A program made the position numbers and the translations under genes. This document shows, piece by piece, positions 1 to 10,570 of a stretch of 20,000 bases of DNA; position 1 is the first letter of the stretch; the number at the start of each line of letters is the position of its first letter. Location of the stretch: contig JBEUKZ010000061.1 in assembly GCA_048128005.1 (NCBI GenBank), positions 116,252 to 136,251 of the forward strand. Reading direction: 5' to 3'. This stretch comes from Veleropilina oligotropha (taxonomy: Eukaryota). The notes beneath the pieces are model-generated. The model was given only the letters and a program-made list of their open reading frames with translations. It had not been told where the DNA came from and made no database searches.

Positions 1-525
1 GCTTTTGTAGGTGTTATATGGATGACACCTGATACTCTGGATGTGATATTGAATAAAATTTAATGTAATTATTGCATAAATGTAGGTGTTTTTGAACATA
101 GAAATTTTGGTTAAAGTTCCTGGTTAAAGTTTTTCATTGAGTGTATTTGGGTAGCTCAAACAACATTTTGGTGTATCTTTGTTTTGATATTGACAATATA
201 AATGTCAACTGATACTCTGGAAGTGATATTGAATAAAATTTAATGTAATTATTGCATAAATGTAGGTGTTTTTGAACATAGAAATTTTGGTTAAAGTTTC
301 TGGTTAAAGTTTTTCATTGAGTGTATATGGGTAGCTCAAACAACATTTTTGTGTATCTTTGTTTTGATATTGACAATATAAATGTCAACTGATAATCTGG
401 AAGTGATATTGAATAAAATTTAATGTAATTATTGCATAAATGTTGGTGTTTTTTGAACATAGAAATTTTGGTTAAAGTTTCTAGTTTAAGTTTTTTATTG
501 AATGTATTAGGGTAGCTCAAACAAC
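1..525. repeat. 180-bp tandem array (about 2.8 units), internal part of a HINE-like element that begins upstream of the window
   Basis: Exact 180-bp period is visible (lines 61/241/421 align). Positions 1-399 are near-identical to 669-1067. Confidence 0.92.
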
Positions 526-1067
526 TTTTTATCCCCCGCCCGAAGGAAGTGGGGATATTGAAGTTGCCCTGTCCGTCCGTACGTCCTTACGTACGTCTGT
601 AAACAATTTGGTTAAAGTTTCGACTTGGGTGTGTGTAGCTTGCCTATGAGACTTTTTTGCTTATATATGCTTTTGTAGGTGTTATATGGATGACACCTGA
701 TACTCTGGATGTGATATTGAATAAAATTTAATGTAATTATTGCATAAATGTAGGTGTTTTTGAACATAGAAATTTTGGTTAAAGTTCCTGGTTAAAGTTT
801 TTCATTGAGTGTATTTGGGTAGCTCAAACAACATTTTGGTGTATCTTTGTTTTGATATTGACAATATAAATGTCAACTGATACTCTGGAAGTGATATTGA
901 ATAAAATTTAATGTAATTATTGCATAAATGTAGGTGTTTTTGAACATAGATATTTTGGTTAAAGTTTCTGGTTAAAATTTTTCCTTGAGTGTATATGGGT
1001 AGCTCAAACAACATTTTTGTGTATCTTTGTTTTGATATTGACAATATAAATGTCAACTGATAATCTG
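526..1067 (+). mobile_element. Helentron-associated non-autonomous element (HINE/DINE-like): 5' end plus 180-bp repeats, 3'-truncated
   Basis: T-run, then ATCCCCCGCCCGAAGGAAGTGGGGAT stem-loop at 531, GTCC/GTAC microsatellite, then about two 180-bp units. The same head occurs at 1811. Confidence 0.8.
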
Positions 1068-1440
1068 AGGAGTAAGTTGATTTCATAATACTTCAGATTT
1101 GACTCCCTACACAGCCCTATCACACCTTACATCCTCATTATTCCCCTTCCCCCAAAACAAATGTGATAATATTTATGAAGAAGTTGATTTCTTTTGTTAA
1201 TTTACTATGTAAATATTATGTGTGTATGATAAAAGGGACATGTGCTTATCTGTAAGACTTGCTCACTGCCAATAGGCACAGTAAGCTGTTAAGCTTAATG
1301 GTCACTCTGTTTAGCTAGGATTATCAAAATCAAATGGATTTTGAAAACTGGCTTTCCCATTGGTTTATTCCATGGGTATCTTGAGAGGACAGTATATATT
1401 GTCATTACAAGAACAGATTGTATCCAGTGTCTAATGTCAA

Positions 1441-1700
1441 TATTATTAGTCTCTCCTTGGACAAGAGTTGTGGATACTATGGTATAGTCATCGTTTGGCT
1501 GCCGCAGATATTTTTATAAATGATCACCACATGATGTACTTGTGCACCTCTGCTAAATTTGTCCCCATCGACTTTTGATCTTGCGCCATAGTGACCTTTG
1601 ACCCCAAAACTTTGTCCGGATACTACTCAGAGACCGCACAGACCTTTCATCTTGCCTTAGAATACCCTGTACACCTTTCGAATTTGGATCCAACACCCAA
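1441..1700 (+). mobile_element. Decayed HINE-like fragment
   Basis: Head TTATTAGTCTC...TGGATACTATGGT (TGGATACTATGGT recurs near 2108) and a TGACCTTTGACC motif like that in the 14755 element. No 3' end found. Confidence 0.35.
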
Positions 1701-2570
1701 TCTCTGTATAGTACGAAAACTGAGTTCAGTTGTTATGATATTGTATGTAACTGAAAAACTGAGTTCTGTGAAATAAATTGGAATAATTTTTTTCTTTTCA
1801 TTTCATTTTTATCCCCCGCCCGAAGGAAGTGGGGATATTGTTGTTGCCCTGTCCATCCGTACGTCTGTAAACAATTTGGTTAAAGTTTCGAATTGGGTGT
1901 GGAGTCAGTGGAGGTTTTCTTGTACCGCTTGTTCCGTTCGTCGTCTGGAATCAACTTTTTATTTTAATATCAATAACGTGTGAATGTCATATATTTTGAC
2001 ATCGAAATTGATCGTATTAAAGTTTCATGTTGGCCATGTTGAATCTGCCTGTTACTAGAGCAATGATATTGAATTTAATCTATATAATAGTATTCCCCCC
2101 GAAAGTATGGATACTATGGTTTAGCGTCAATTATGCTGCGTCTGTCATCTTGAGATTTCTTGTGATCGCTGCAGACAGGTCATTTCTTAACAGAATGTTT
2201 TCAGATTTCATATGTACATTGGTTGAGTGAGGACACAACACTTATTGATATCGGGTGTGGTCCGACTTCCAAAATGGCCGCAATGGCTATCATCTTGGAT
2301 TTGCCGGGTATACATATGCGATCACAAATGACCGAGCATTTTAGTTGTGAAATTGATGTTCTGAACAGTTCAATTGAAATGTTAGTCTGAAAATAGCTTT
2401 CTGACATAAATTTTGGTTTAAGTTTTTGTTGAGTTTGGGTACTTTATGTACTCTTCTGCATATATATTATGCTTTGATACTGCCTGTTATTGAACTTGTT
2501 CTCCGATATCTTGTGTCCCTTTTAATGTAGCAATATAATTTAGTTTATTTAATGCATGAACTTTAATTGT

Positions 2571-4355
2571 TTTTTAGCTCGACTATTTTAAAATAGTACG
2601 AGCTATTGCAGTCACCCTGTCGTCGGCGTCGGCGTTGGCGTCGGCGTCGGCGTTGGCGTCAAACTTCAGGTTAACATTTTGCATGAAGGGTCTTTTCTCA
2701 CAATTTTTCAAACTACAACTTTCAAACTTCATACACTTGTTCAATGTCATTATGCGACCTTACATATTAGGCGTAATAACTCTGGCTTCGTTGTTTTACC
2801 AAATTATTCCCCTTTTTCGACTTCGACAATTCAGGTTAATGTTTTGCATGAAGGGTCTTTTCTCACAAATTTTTCACACTACACCTTTAAAACTTCATAC
2901 ACTTGTTCAACGTCATTATGCGACCTTACATTACAGGCGTAATAAATCTGGCTTCGTTATTTTACCAAATTATTCCCCTTTTTCGACTTAGACAGTTCAG
3001 GTTAATGTTTTGCATGAAGGGTCTTTTCTCACAAATTTTTCACACTACACCTTTCAAACTTCATACACTTGTTCAACGTCATTATGCGACCTTACATTAC
3101 AGGCGTAATAAATCTGGCTTCATTATTTTACCAAATTATTCCCCTTTTTCGACTTAGACAATTCAGGTTAATGTTTTGCATGAAGGGTCTTTTCTCACCA
3201 ATTTTTCACACTACACCTTTCAAACTTCATACACTTGTTCAACGTCATTATGCGACCTTACATTACAGGCGTAATAAATCTGGCTTCGTTATTTTACCAA
3301 ATTATTCCCCTTTTTCGACTTAGACAATTCAGGTTAATGTTTTGCATGAAGGGTCTTTTCTCACAAATTTTTCACACTACACCTTTCAAACTTCATACAC
3401 TTGTTCAACGTCATTTTGCGACCTTACATTACAGGCGTAATAAATCTTCTTCGTTATTTTACCAAATTATTCCCCTTTTTCGACTTAGACAAGTCAGGTT
3501 AATGTTTTGCATGAAGGGTCTTTTCTCACAATTTTTTCACACTACACCTTTCAAACTTCATACACTTGTTCAACGTCATTATGCGACCTTACATTACAGG
3601 CGTAATAAATCTGGCTTCGTTATTTTACCAAATTATTCCCCTTTTTCGACTTAGACAATTCAGGTTAATGTTTTGCATGAAGGGTCTTTTCTCACAAATT
3701 TTTCACACTACACCTTTCAAACTTCATACACTTGTTCAACGTCATTTTGTGACCTTACATTACAGGCGTAATAAATCTGCTTCGTTATTTTACCAAATTA
3801 TTCCCCTTTTTCGACTTAGACAAGTCAGGTTAATGTTTTGCATGAAGGGTCTTTTCTCACAATTTTTTCACACTACACCTTTCAAACTTCATACACTTGT
3901 TCAACGTCATTATGCGACCTTACATTACAGGCGTAATAAATCTGGCTTCGTTATTTTACCAAATTATTCCCCTTTTTCGACTTAGACAATTCAGGTTAAT
4001 GTTTTGCATGAAGGGTCTTTTCTCACCAATTTTTCACACTACACCTTTCAAACTTCATACACATGTTCAACGTCATTATGCGACCTTACATTACAGGCGT
4101 AATAAATCTGGCTTCGTTATTTTACCAAATTATTCCCCTTTTTCGACTTAGACAATACAGGTTAACATTTTGCATGAAGGGCCTTTTCTCACAAAGTGTT
4201 CACACTACAGCCTTGAAACTTCATACGCTTGTCACATCATTATGCGAACTTGCAATACAAGGGCCATAACTCTAGCTTCATTTTTACCAAATTATTTCCA
4301 TTCATCGATCCAGCTTTTGATAGTCGAGCATGCTGTCCTTCTGACAGCTCTTGTT
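2571..4355 (+). mobile_element. Complete HINE-like element carrying a 166-bp satellite array
   Basis: subTIR GCTCGACTAT (2577-2586) / ATAGTCGAGC (4320-4329). 5' palindrome TAGCTCG...CGAGCTA; (GTYGGC)n microsatellite 2622-2660; 3' hairpin GCTGTC-CTTCT-GACAGC (4332-4348) then TCTTGTT. Inserted in a T-run. Confidence 0.9.
2667..4297. repeat. 165-166 bp tandem array, about 9.8 copies
   Basis: CAGGTTAA unit starts at 2667, 2832, 2998, 3164, 3330, 3495, 3661, 3826, 3992 and 4158. Confidence 0.97.
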
Positions 4356-4618
4356 GGACTTACATTTGGATAAAGTACCTTTGCACCAGAGGGATTGCGC
4401 AAGGCGGGGGATGAATCCGTTTTCTAACGGGCTCTTGTGATTGTTTGTCGAGATGCCATGATACTAAATTTCAAATCAAATCCTGTCGTCAAAAAGATCT
4501 CTGAATAATTATGATGTGACCATATGATTTAATTGTGTGTTTCTGAAAGTTAGGATTACAATTACACTACCGTTGCTTTCATAAATTTCATTTATTAATT
4601 TGTTTGTTCATTTTTCAG

Positions 4619-4663
4619 GGTCACCTAGGTATAATTTTGGCCTATCTGCTGCCAGACTGCATG
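4619..4663 (+). CDS. GSTCD: GSTCD internal exon (GHLGIILAYLLPDCM), phase 0/0; upstream exons lie outside the window
   Basis: Pyrimidine tract plus CAG acceptor (AG 4617-4618) and GTAAGC donor at 4664. The 45 nt translation resembles vertebrate GSTCD 'GHVGIVLAHMLPSCQ' as I recall it, just after SAM-binding motif I. Confidence 0.9.
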
Positions 4664-4824
4664 GTAAGCTAAGAAAACAGATTTTAGACTAATATTAATT
4701 GGTGGTCAGCATTGACAATTCAGATGTAACTACTTTAAAATTTGATGTCACAACACACATTTTCTTACCTGAGTAAACATTTCTAATGTCGCAGTGATCG
4801 TCCTCAGCTGTTTATGCTTTTTAG

Positions 4825-4914
4825 ATTTATTTAGTGGAAAACAAGGAAGCTTCATTACTGAGAGCAAAGAAAAGGATAGAGCAATTACAACTGAAGAATA
4901 TTTTCATTTATCAT
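4825..4914 (+). CDS. GSTCD: GSTCD internal exon (IYLVENKEASLLRAKKRIEQLQLKNIFIYH)
   Basis: TTTTTAG acceptor (AG 4823-4824) and GTAAGT donor at 4915; 90 nt, in frame. Resembles GSTCD 'VTLIENKELSLIRAKKR'. Confidence 0.93.
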
Positions 4915-4981
4915 GTAAGTTTGTCAATATTTCCTTTGCTATTGATATATAACATAGCTGTAGTTACATGGAACATATATA

Positions 4982-6394
4982 TAGTGGATATCAATATGAG
5001 AATTATGCAACGAGTCGGGCACAATTTATGTACCGAGCATTAGCGAGGTACATAAATTTGCTTACGAGTTTCATAATTCTCATATGAAATGGAAATGAGT
5101 TTGAGATCTTCTTTATCACATGACTTTATTTACCTTTAAACTTATTTTTAACTTTTTTAAACTGATTTTTTTACGTTTTTATGCCCGCGCCGAAGGCGAA
5201 AGGGCATATTGTTTCTGTACCGTCCGGCATCAACAATTTGGTTAAAGTTTTTCGTTGAGTGTAAATGGGTTCTCCAAGGGACTTTTTAGTTTATGTATGC
5301 TATGTTATACGTTACATGGATATCATCTGATACTCTGGCAATGATATTTAATAAAATATTATATTATTAATGAAAATATGATGGTCTCTTTCGACATCGA
5401 AATTTAGGCGAATTTCAGGTTAAAGTTTTTGGTTATAGTTTTCTGTGTCCACTCTACAGTGAAAAGTTGTAATCCTATTTGATTCAAATTCGGTAGGCAA
5501 GTTAGTTATCATGATGACACGCCGCCTAACGATTTTCGGATTCAAGATGACTGCCACAGTGGCCATTTTGTTTTGAAGAAATTTCTTGTATACTCTCTAC
5601 AGTGAAGAATTAATTTCCGATTTCCTTCAAATTCGGCGTGCACGTTCGTTATGATGTGAACACGCCGACTAACGATTTTCGTCGTTTTCGGATTCAAGGT
5701 GGCCGCCATGGTGGCCATTTGTTTGGAGTATATTTCTTGTGTGCGCTCTACAGTGAAGAGTTCTATTCCAATTTCATTCAAATTTGGTATGCACGTTCGT
5801 TATGATGTGGACACGACGCCTAGCGATTTTCGTCGTTTTCGGATTCAAGATGGCCACGTGGTGGCCATTTTGTTTGGAGGATATTTCTTGCCTGCGCTAT
5901 GCAGTGAAACGTTCTCAACCAATCTGATTCAAATTCGGTTTGTTTCAAGATATTTGCATTATGTTTGAAGTTTTATCAATGAGTGAATAAATTACTGCAT
6001 ACTGATTCTTACATATGCTTTGATGTTAGACACCTTTTACTCTAGCAGTTTATTTATTGAATTTAGTATAATATGTTAGGCACTACGCGGGCATTCTTGT
6101 GGCCTGCCACAACGTTTTTATAGTTAAACTTATTTTTGTCATTACTTGCAGTCATAAAACGGCCTGCCTCGATAGCATGTGCCATGCCAAAATACATACG
6201 TACGCCATTAAAAAATTGTTTCACATCTATGTTTCATCAGCAGACGATGAGTCAACGCGTATGAATTATTCAATATGTTAATTAGGGTGATCGCCACCTA
6301 ATGAAATTCGCGCCAGTTGAGACTAGATGGCATCATGCATAGTTACATATGAAATGGGTTCTGCCATTTCATAACAGGTTTGTCATGTGATAAA
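4982..6394 (+). mobile_element. Non-autonomous element with a long 5' GA-mismatch hairpin (tentatively Crypton-like), interrupted by a HINE
   Basis: Hairpin 4994-5085; perfect inverted pair TTTATCACATGAC (5112-5124) / GTCATGTGATAAA (6382-6394). Start TAGTGGATATCAATATGAG resembles TAGAGGATCTCATATGAG at 12081. Confidence 0.7.
5176..6119 (+). mobile_element. Complete HINE-like element with one 180-bp-type unit and about 3.3 units of a ~150-bp repeat
   Basis: subTIR ATGCCCGCG (5181-5189) / CGCGGGCAT (6086-6094). 5' stem-loop with CGCC-GAA-GGCG; 3' hairpin TTGTGGC-CT-GCCACAA (6097-6112). Repeat anchors at 5452, 5595, 5746 and 5897. Confidence 0.85.
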
Positions 6395-6948
6395 TAGTAT
6401 TACCTAACAATTGAGAACAATATACTGGCCATTACACGGCGTAGTACTTCAATTTACATTTACGTGTCTTTTCTGGGCTGCACTGGTGGTGTATGGATAA
6501 AAGTGGGGCTTCAAATTAATGTGCTTCATTTATAGGAGCGCATACGAATCTTTGGCTGGACACTTTGTTCAACTAACAGTCATCCTTTCCATAACTGGTT
6601 GCTGCTGGGGGTTTCTCTGGGCAAAAGTCTCCCCCCCTCAATAATTTGTCCAAGTATGATCCTGAAGTCTGTTAAAATGGGATACTAAGCCTTGATGTAA
6701 ACCAATTCTGATGCTTTTAATAAATTAGCAACATCTTTGAGCCTCACGCAGGCGCAAATAATTTTCTTTATTCGTGAACGACTTGGATTTGCTCACATAT
6801 CTTCCATTAAATAACGACTTTGATTACCGGATAATGTATTTTTGTATTTAGTTAAATCAGATACAAATTAAATAAAGTAATTAATTATCTTTATAAAATC
6901 CTAATCAACAGAATTGATCAATATGAATCGAGAATGGTTGTGTTTTAG

Positions 6949-7155
6949 TGTAACCTGGACTACTTTCACGGCGTTTTCGATATCGGTGTCTGTCTCCATG
7001 CGTGCGGCGTGGCGACGGATCTTGTTCAGCAGCAGTGCCTTGACAACAACGCAGCTTTTGTCATTTGTCCATGTTGCTATGGCAGCATTCAGGAAACGCA
7101 TTTGATCACGTATCCGAGAAGTCAGTATTTTCAGGACAAGGATATTACTCGCAAG
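6949..7155 (+). CDS. GSTCD: GSTCD internal exon (CNLDYFHGVFDIGVCLHACGVATDLVQQQCLDNNAAFVICPCCYGSIQETHLITYPRSQYFQDKDITRK)
   Basis: TTTTAG acceptor (AG 6947-6948) and GTATGC donor at 7156; 207 nt. Contains the LHACG-x-ATD and CPCCYG motifs of the GSTCD methyltransferase domain. Confidence 0.96.
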
Positions 7156-7690
7156 GTATGCTGTAGAAAAATATACATTAGATTAATACCAGGTGCAAGT
7201 TTATTGATTGTCCCATACACGTAGTTATGTTTTTTTGAAAGGCTCATGTTTGTTCTAATTGTGTCCCTAAAGAAAATTGATAAAATGCTCCTGTTTTCTG
7301 GCTGATTCTGTATTTAACAGTTATATGTAGGTTATGTTGTTTGAAAGTAGTTTAATGTATAAATCGCACTATAATACAGCGAACATTGTCTGCACAGGTT
7401 CTCCTTCTAATGTTATCAACCAAACTTGCAGGGGCTCATTATATTAGGGTTCCAGGAGATGGTCATAGGCTTGGTCCATAGCCCACCAGCCGTCGGTTAA
7501 AATGGCTAACCATATCTGACATTTCGCAATTAGTACTATGGGGATAAAATGACATCATTTAAGCACAGGCCATTAGGCGCATATGTTACAAACAGTGAGG
7601 CTGCAAGTCCAACAGTGTCGCTTTATAAGGTCATGCAAAGAGGGCAGACGATAAAAAATCTAGTCTTAACAATACACTAATTTCTTACAG

Positions 7691-7754
7691 GACATTCTGA
7701 CCATTGGCCATGCTGCAGATCAAACAGAGTTAAATATTGCCCTTGAAGAACAAG
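7691..7754 (+). CDS. GSTCD: GSTCD internal exon (DILTIGHAADQTELNIALEEQ-G), phase 0/1
   Basis: TTTCTTACAG acceptor with a CACTAAT branch-like site just upstream, and GTATGT donor at 7755. The 64 nt keep the frame with the last exon; carries the conserved ADQT motif. Confidence 0.9.
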
Positions 7755-8492
7755 GTATGTTGTGGATATCTGATGTAAATGAACCCTGTCCAGGGGAGGG
7801 GGGTATTTTGAACAAATTGGGGATGTTTAGTGCAATAACACACAGTGCTAAATAATTTTCATCATGATATCGATGCTTAAAGTGGCTATTGCCCGTAAAT
7901 GTCCTCTTGACTGCGTAGCTTGACTGATCAGCCGCTATCCCACGGTTTGCGCAAACTGACACCAATTTCACTAAGATATGATCGATCTATGATCAAATGA
8001 TAGATTTTTATTGAAATTATTATTGTAACTGAGCAATATATATTGTCAAATAGAAATCTATCGTACTTGACGAGCAGAAACCTTCGCAACTTTGCTCCTA
8101 CTAGTTCAATTGGAAATGTCACTCGGTGCGAGGTAATTAAAAGCAGACCGCTTTTAATTATTTATCTTCAGCAGCGATTAATTTGAATGGTAGCAAATTA
8201 CTGTCGAAAGTTGAGTGCTGAAAATTCCTAACTTTTCATGTTATAAACAAAAAGTGTAATATGGTTAGTTTTCTTTTCAAAGAATAAAAAGCGCATGGTC
8301 ATATCAGCACAACCAGCCCGCACCGACAGTTATGGACAACTGGGGCTGTTAATTGAACAAAGTGCCCAGCTGAAGATTCCAACCCACTCCTGGTAATCAG
8401 AGCATTCAAGCATGGGAATGGAGAGCCGCGCTCTTATCTATTTCACTACCGCTCCATAGGTGACGCTGATAGCTCTGTTGGGGTACCATCCG

Positions 8493-8811
8493 AATAATAA
8501 TAATAATAGTCCATTTATAATGCGCTATAATCCACGTATTGACATGCTCTAAGCGCAGACATTATTATTCCTGGCTTTTTTATCGGCCTGTCATGATCAA
8601 GATCCATCTCCGCTCTCTGTGAGAGTATTACAGTCAAGCTGCCAATTGTAAGCGCTACGACTAATTAACACTCTAACTAGGTACCAAATTAAGTCAGCTG
8701 GGTGAACGGAGTCACATAAATGCTTAATTCCTTGCCCAATGCGCTGGGATCGGGGATTGAACCCCAAACCTCTCGACAAGAGGCCAGTGCGCCTATCACT
8801 GTGTCACAACA
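8493..8811 (-). mobile_element. tRNA-derived SINE with a CORE/Meta-like central domain and (ATT)n tail
   Basis: Minus strand: A-box-like TGACACAGTGA, B-box GGTTCAATCCC, central TTGGGCAAG...CACCCAGCTG...TTTGGTACC, tail GCGCTTAGAGC...AGCGCATTATAAAT plus (ATT)n. Confidence 0.7.
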
Positions 8812-9278
8812 CGCACTGTGTCACAACAACTATTCACTAATCCAAGAATAAAGCAAACAACATAATGGATGTTTGGTAAGAAGTTTCATTAGTTTATTAT
8901 GCAGAATAATTGGAAAATAGCATTTAGAATGTCTTTCCAACATTTGGCGCACAACAAATCAGCTCGTATGCATGCAACCTCTGTGTGTTTGGTTCACAGA
9001 TGCCCTGGAGGTGGCTCTAGAATGATTTCGGAAATGAGTGACCGCGAACTATTAGCAAGGTTTCATGCCTTCTGCCGAATAATGGCCACTGCAATGCATA
9101 GCTCAACCTGGATATTCCTGACCTGCTTCTCCAATTAATTTTTAGTAAGAAAATTATGCTTTGTCCAGATGGCAATTAATATTTATCAAGTTACTGTGCC
9201 CAGAATGAACTGACACAAAGACTGTGTTCATATTAACCATACTGTGACAAAATTCTAAATATGCGTTTCTAATGCCCT

Positions 9279-9518
9279 GTCGCCCTGGTAGTCGTATGAT
9301 ATGAATGCCGTCTCTGAAATCACTGGCTCGATTGCGCTAACTAACAGGAGGGGGTTCAAATTTCGGTTTCGGCATTAACATTCTTTGTTCAGTTGTCAAT
9401 CGCAGTTGTCCATAACTGACCGGAGAGGACGGGTTTCACCAGGCAATAATGTGGCCATGTCCTTCCTTGAACCTAATGGTTGTAAATATACATGACATCA
9501 AGCATCAATCCATCCATC
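9279..9518 (+). mobile_element. V-SINE-like family copy (internally deleted)
   Basis: Shares head TAGTCGT..., B-box-like GGTTCAAAT, GGACGGGTTTCACC core and CCTTGAACC...AAATATACA tail with the copies at 10571, 14160 and 16653. Confidence 0.65.
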
Positions 9519-9694
9519 TCTATTGTCCATTATTAGGGATGCTGGTGACCTTTGCTGGATAAAGTCTTTCCTCCCGTGATAAAATGTCCAAACATGATTA
9601 TCGTCTTATAGATATTTGAACAAAAATAAGTATACACTGTTGATTAATTAGAATCAGATTGCTACTATTTTGGCACCATTTCATTTCGTTGCAG

Positions 9695-9861
9695 GCAAGT
9701 TCTGCATGGACCTTGTGGACACGGATCGAGCCTTCTTGGCTCGAGAGCAGGGCTATGAGGTCACTCTCTGTCATCTCCATCCAGCCACGTGTACTACGAA
9801 AAACAATCTTCTAATCGGCATACCCAGAACGAAGGCAGCTACTGACGCTGGTGTACAATGA
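9695..9861 (+). CDS. GSTCD: GSTCD terminal coding exon (G-KFCMDLVDTDRAFLAREQGYEVTLCHLHPATCTTKNNLLIGIPRTKAATDAGVQ*)
   Basis: TTGCAG acceptor (AG 9693-9694), phase 1 matches the previous exon, TGA at 9859-9861. Resembles the GSTCD C-terminus 'GKQCMCLVDLDRA...GY.V....P..CSPKNNMIVG.P'. Confidence 0.95.
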
Positions 9862-10029
9862 CCAAAATCGTAAATTGTCAAAGTCATCATGTTCTTTTTT
9901 TTCGATACGCATCCAGAGACTACTTCTGACAGAAAGATCTTAATCAGCACCAAATTAAAGATATCCTGTTTATTTAATCAGCATAGGATTTCATGATGCA
10001 AAATTTGTCGTCATAACTTGTTTTACCTG

Positions 10030-10035
10030 AATAAA
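10030..10035 (+). promoter_or_regulatory. Candidate GSTCD polyadenylation signal
   Basis: AATAAA about 170 nt after the stop codon, followed by a GT-rich stretch. Could be chance in AT-rich DNA. Confidence 0.35.
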
Positions 10036-10570
10036 ATTAGTGTGCTGGTTTTAAAAGCTGCAGCTCATTTCACAGACGTGAAAAACTTCTTTAACATCCA
10101 ATACAACAACAATATCTGACATCGTAGTGTGGACACATAATCGGTTGATAAATGAATCAAGAGAACATGAATTTGATTGACAGTTACATAACAAAGGACT
10201 GACTTACCATTTGCAATACATGTTGTGTTTTTATTGTGGATGTTATTTGTAAGGCTTCACTCCAATTCCACAGAGAAAAATTACTGATCATGGGGTCTAT
10301 CTATTTTTCTGCCCTTTAAGAGGCTAAGAAGAGAGTATTCTAGAATTTTAGCAGTAATATATTTATTAATACCTTTTTGAAGGTATGATCATTTGAATGT
10401 TTAGTTCTTATTTTAGTCTGATTTTTATATTTTTCACAATATCTATTGTATATATTGTCAACATGGTTCTTGATTATTGCAATCAAGTTTTACAGATTAA
10501 ACTTTTACTTTTGATATGGCAATGGTGTTGCTTTTCTTAGTAACAAACCTGGTACTTTTCACTCAAGTTA

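Larger units (their letters stand above)
1806..4438 (+). mobile_element. Outer HINE-like element hosting a nested insertion
   Basis: Subterminal inverted repeat ATCCCCCGCC (1811-1820) / GGCGGGGGAT (4403-4412). 3' hairpin CCGTT-TTCT-AACGG (4417-4430), then CTCTTGT. No TSD. Confidence 0.75.

Noticed and set aside
314..1086. Two similar minus-strand ORFs
   Set aside because: By-products of the 180-bp tandem repeat.
1068..1800. Possible upstream GSTCD exon ending in VDFCSGG
   Set aside because: No matching coding sequence with splice sites found; that exon is presumably upstream of the window.
2635..4414. Cluster of overlapping ORFs with repeated peptides (MFNVIMRPYITG...)
   Set aside because: They are translations of the 166-bp satellite. 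The unit is not a multiple of 3, so frames shift with each copy, and the region lies in a GSTCD intron.
6530..6700. Possible additional SINE copy
   Set aside because: Only weak, patchy resemblance (TTTGTTCAAC, GGGGGTTTCTCTGGG); too degraded to support by eye.
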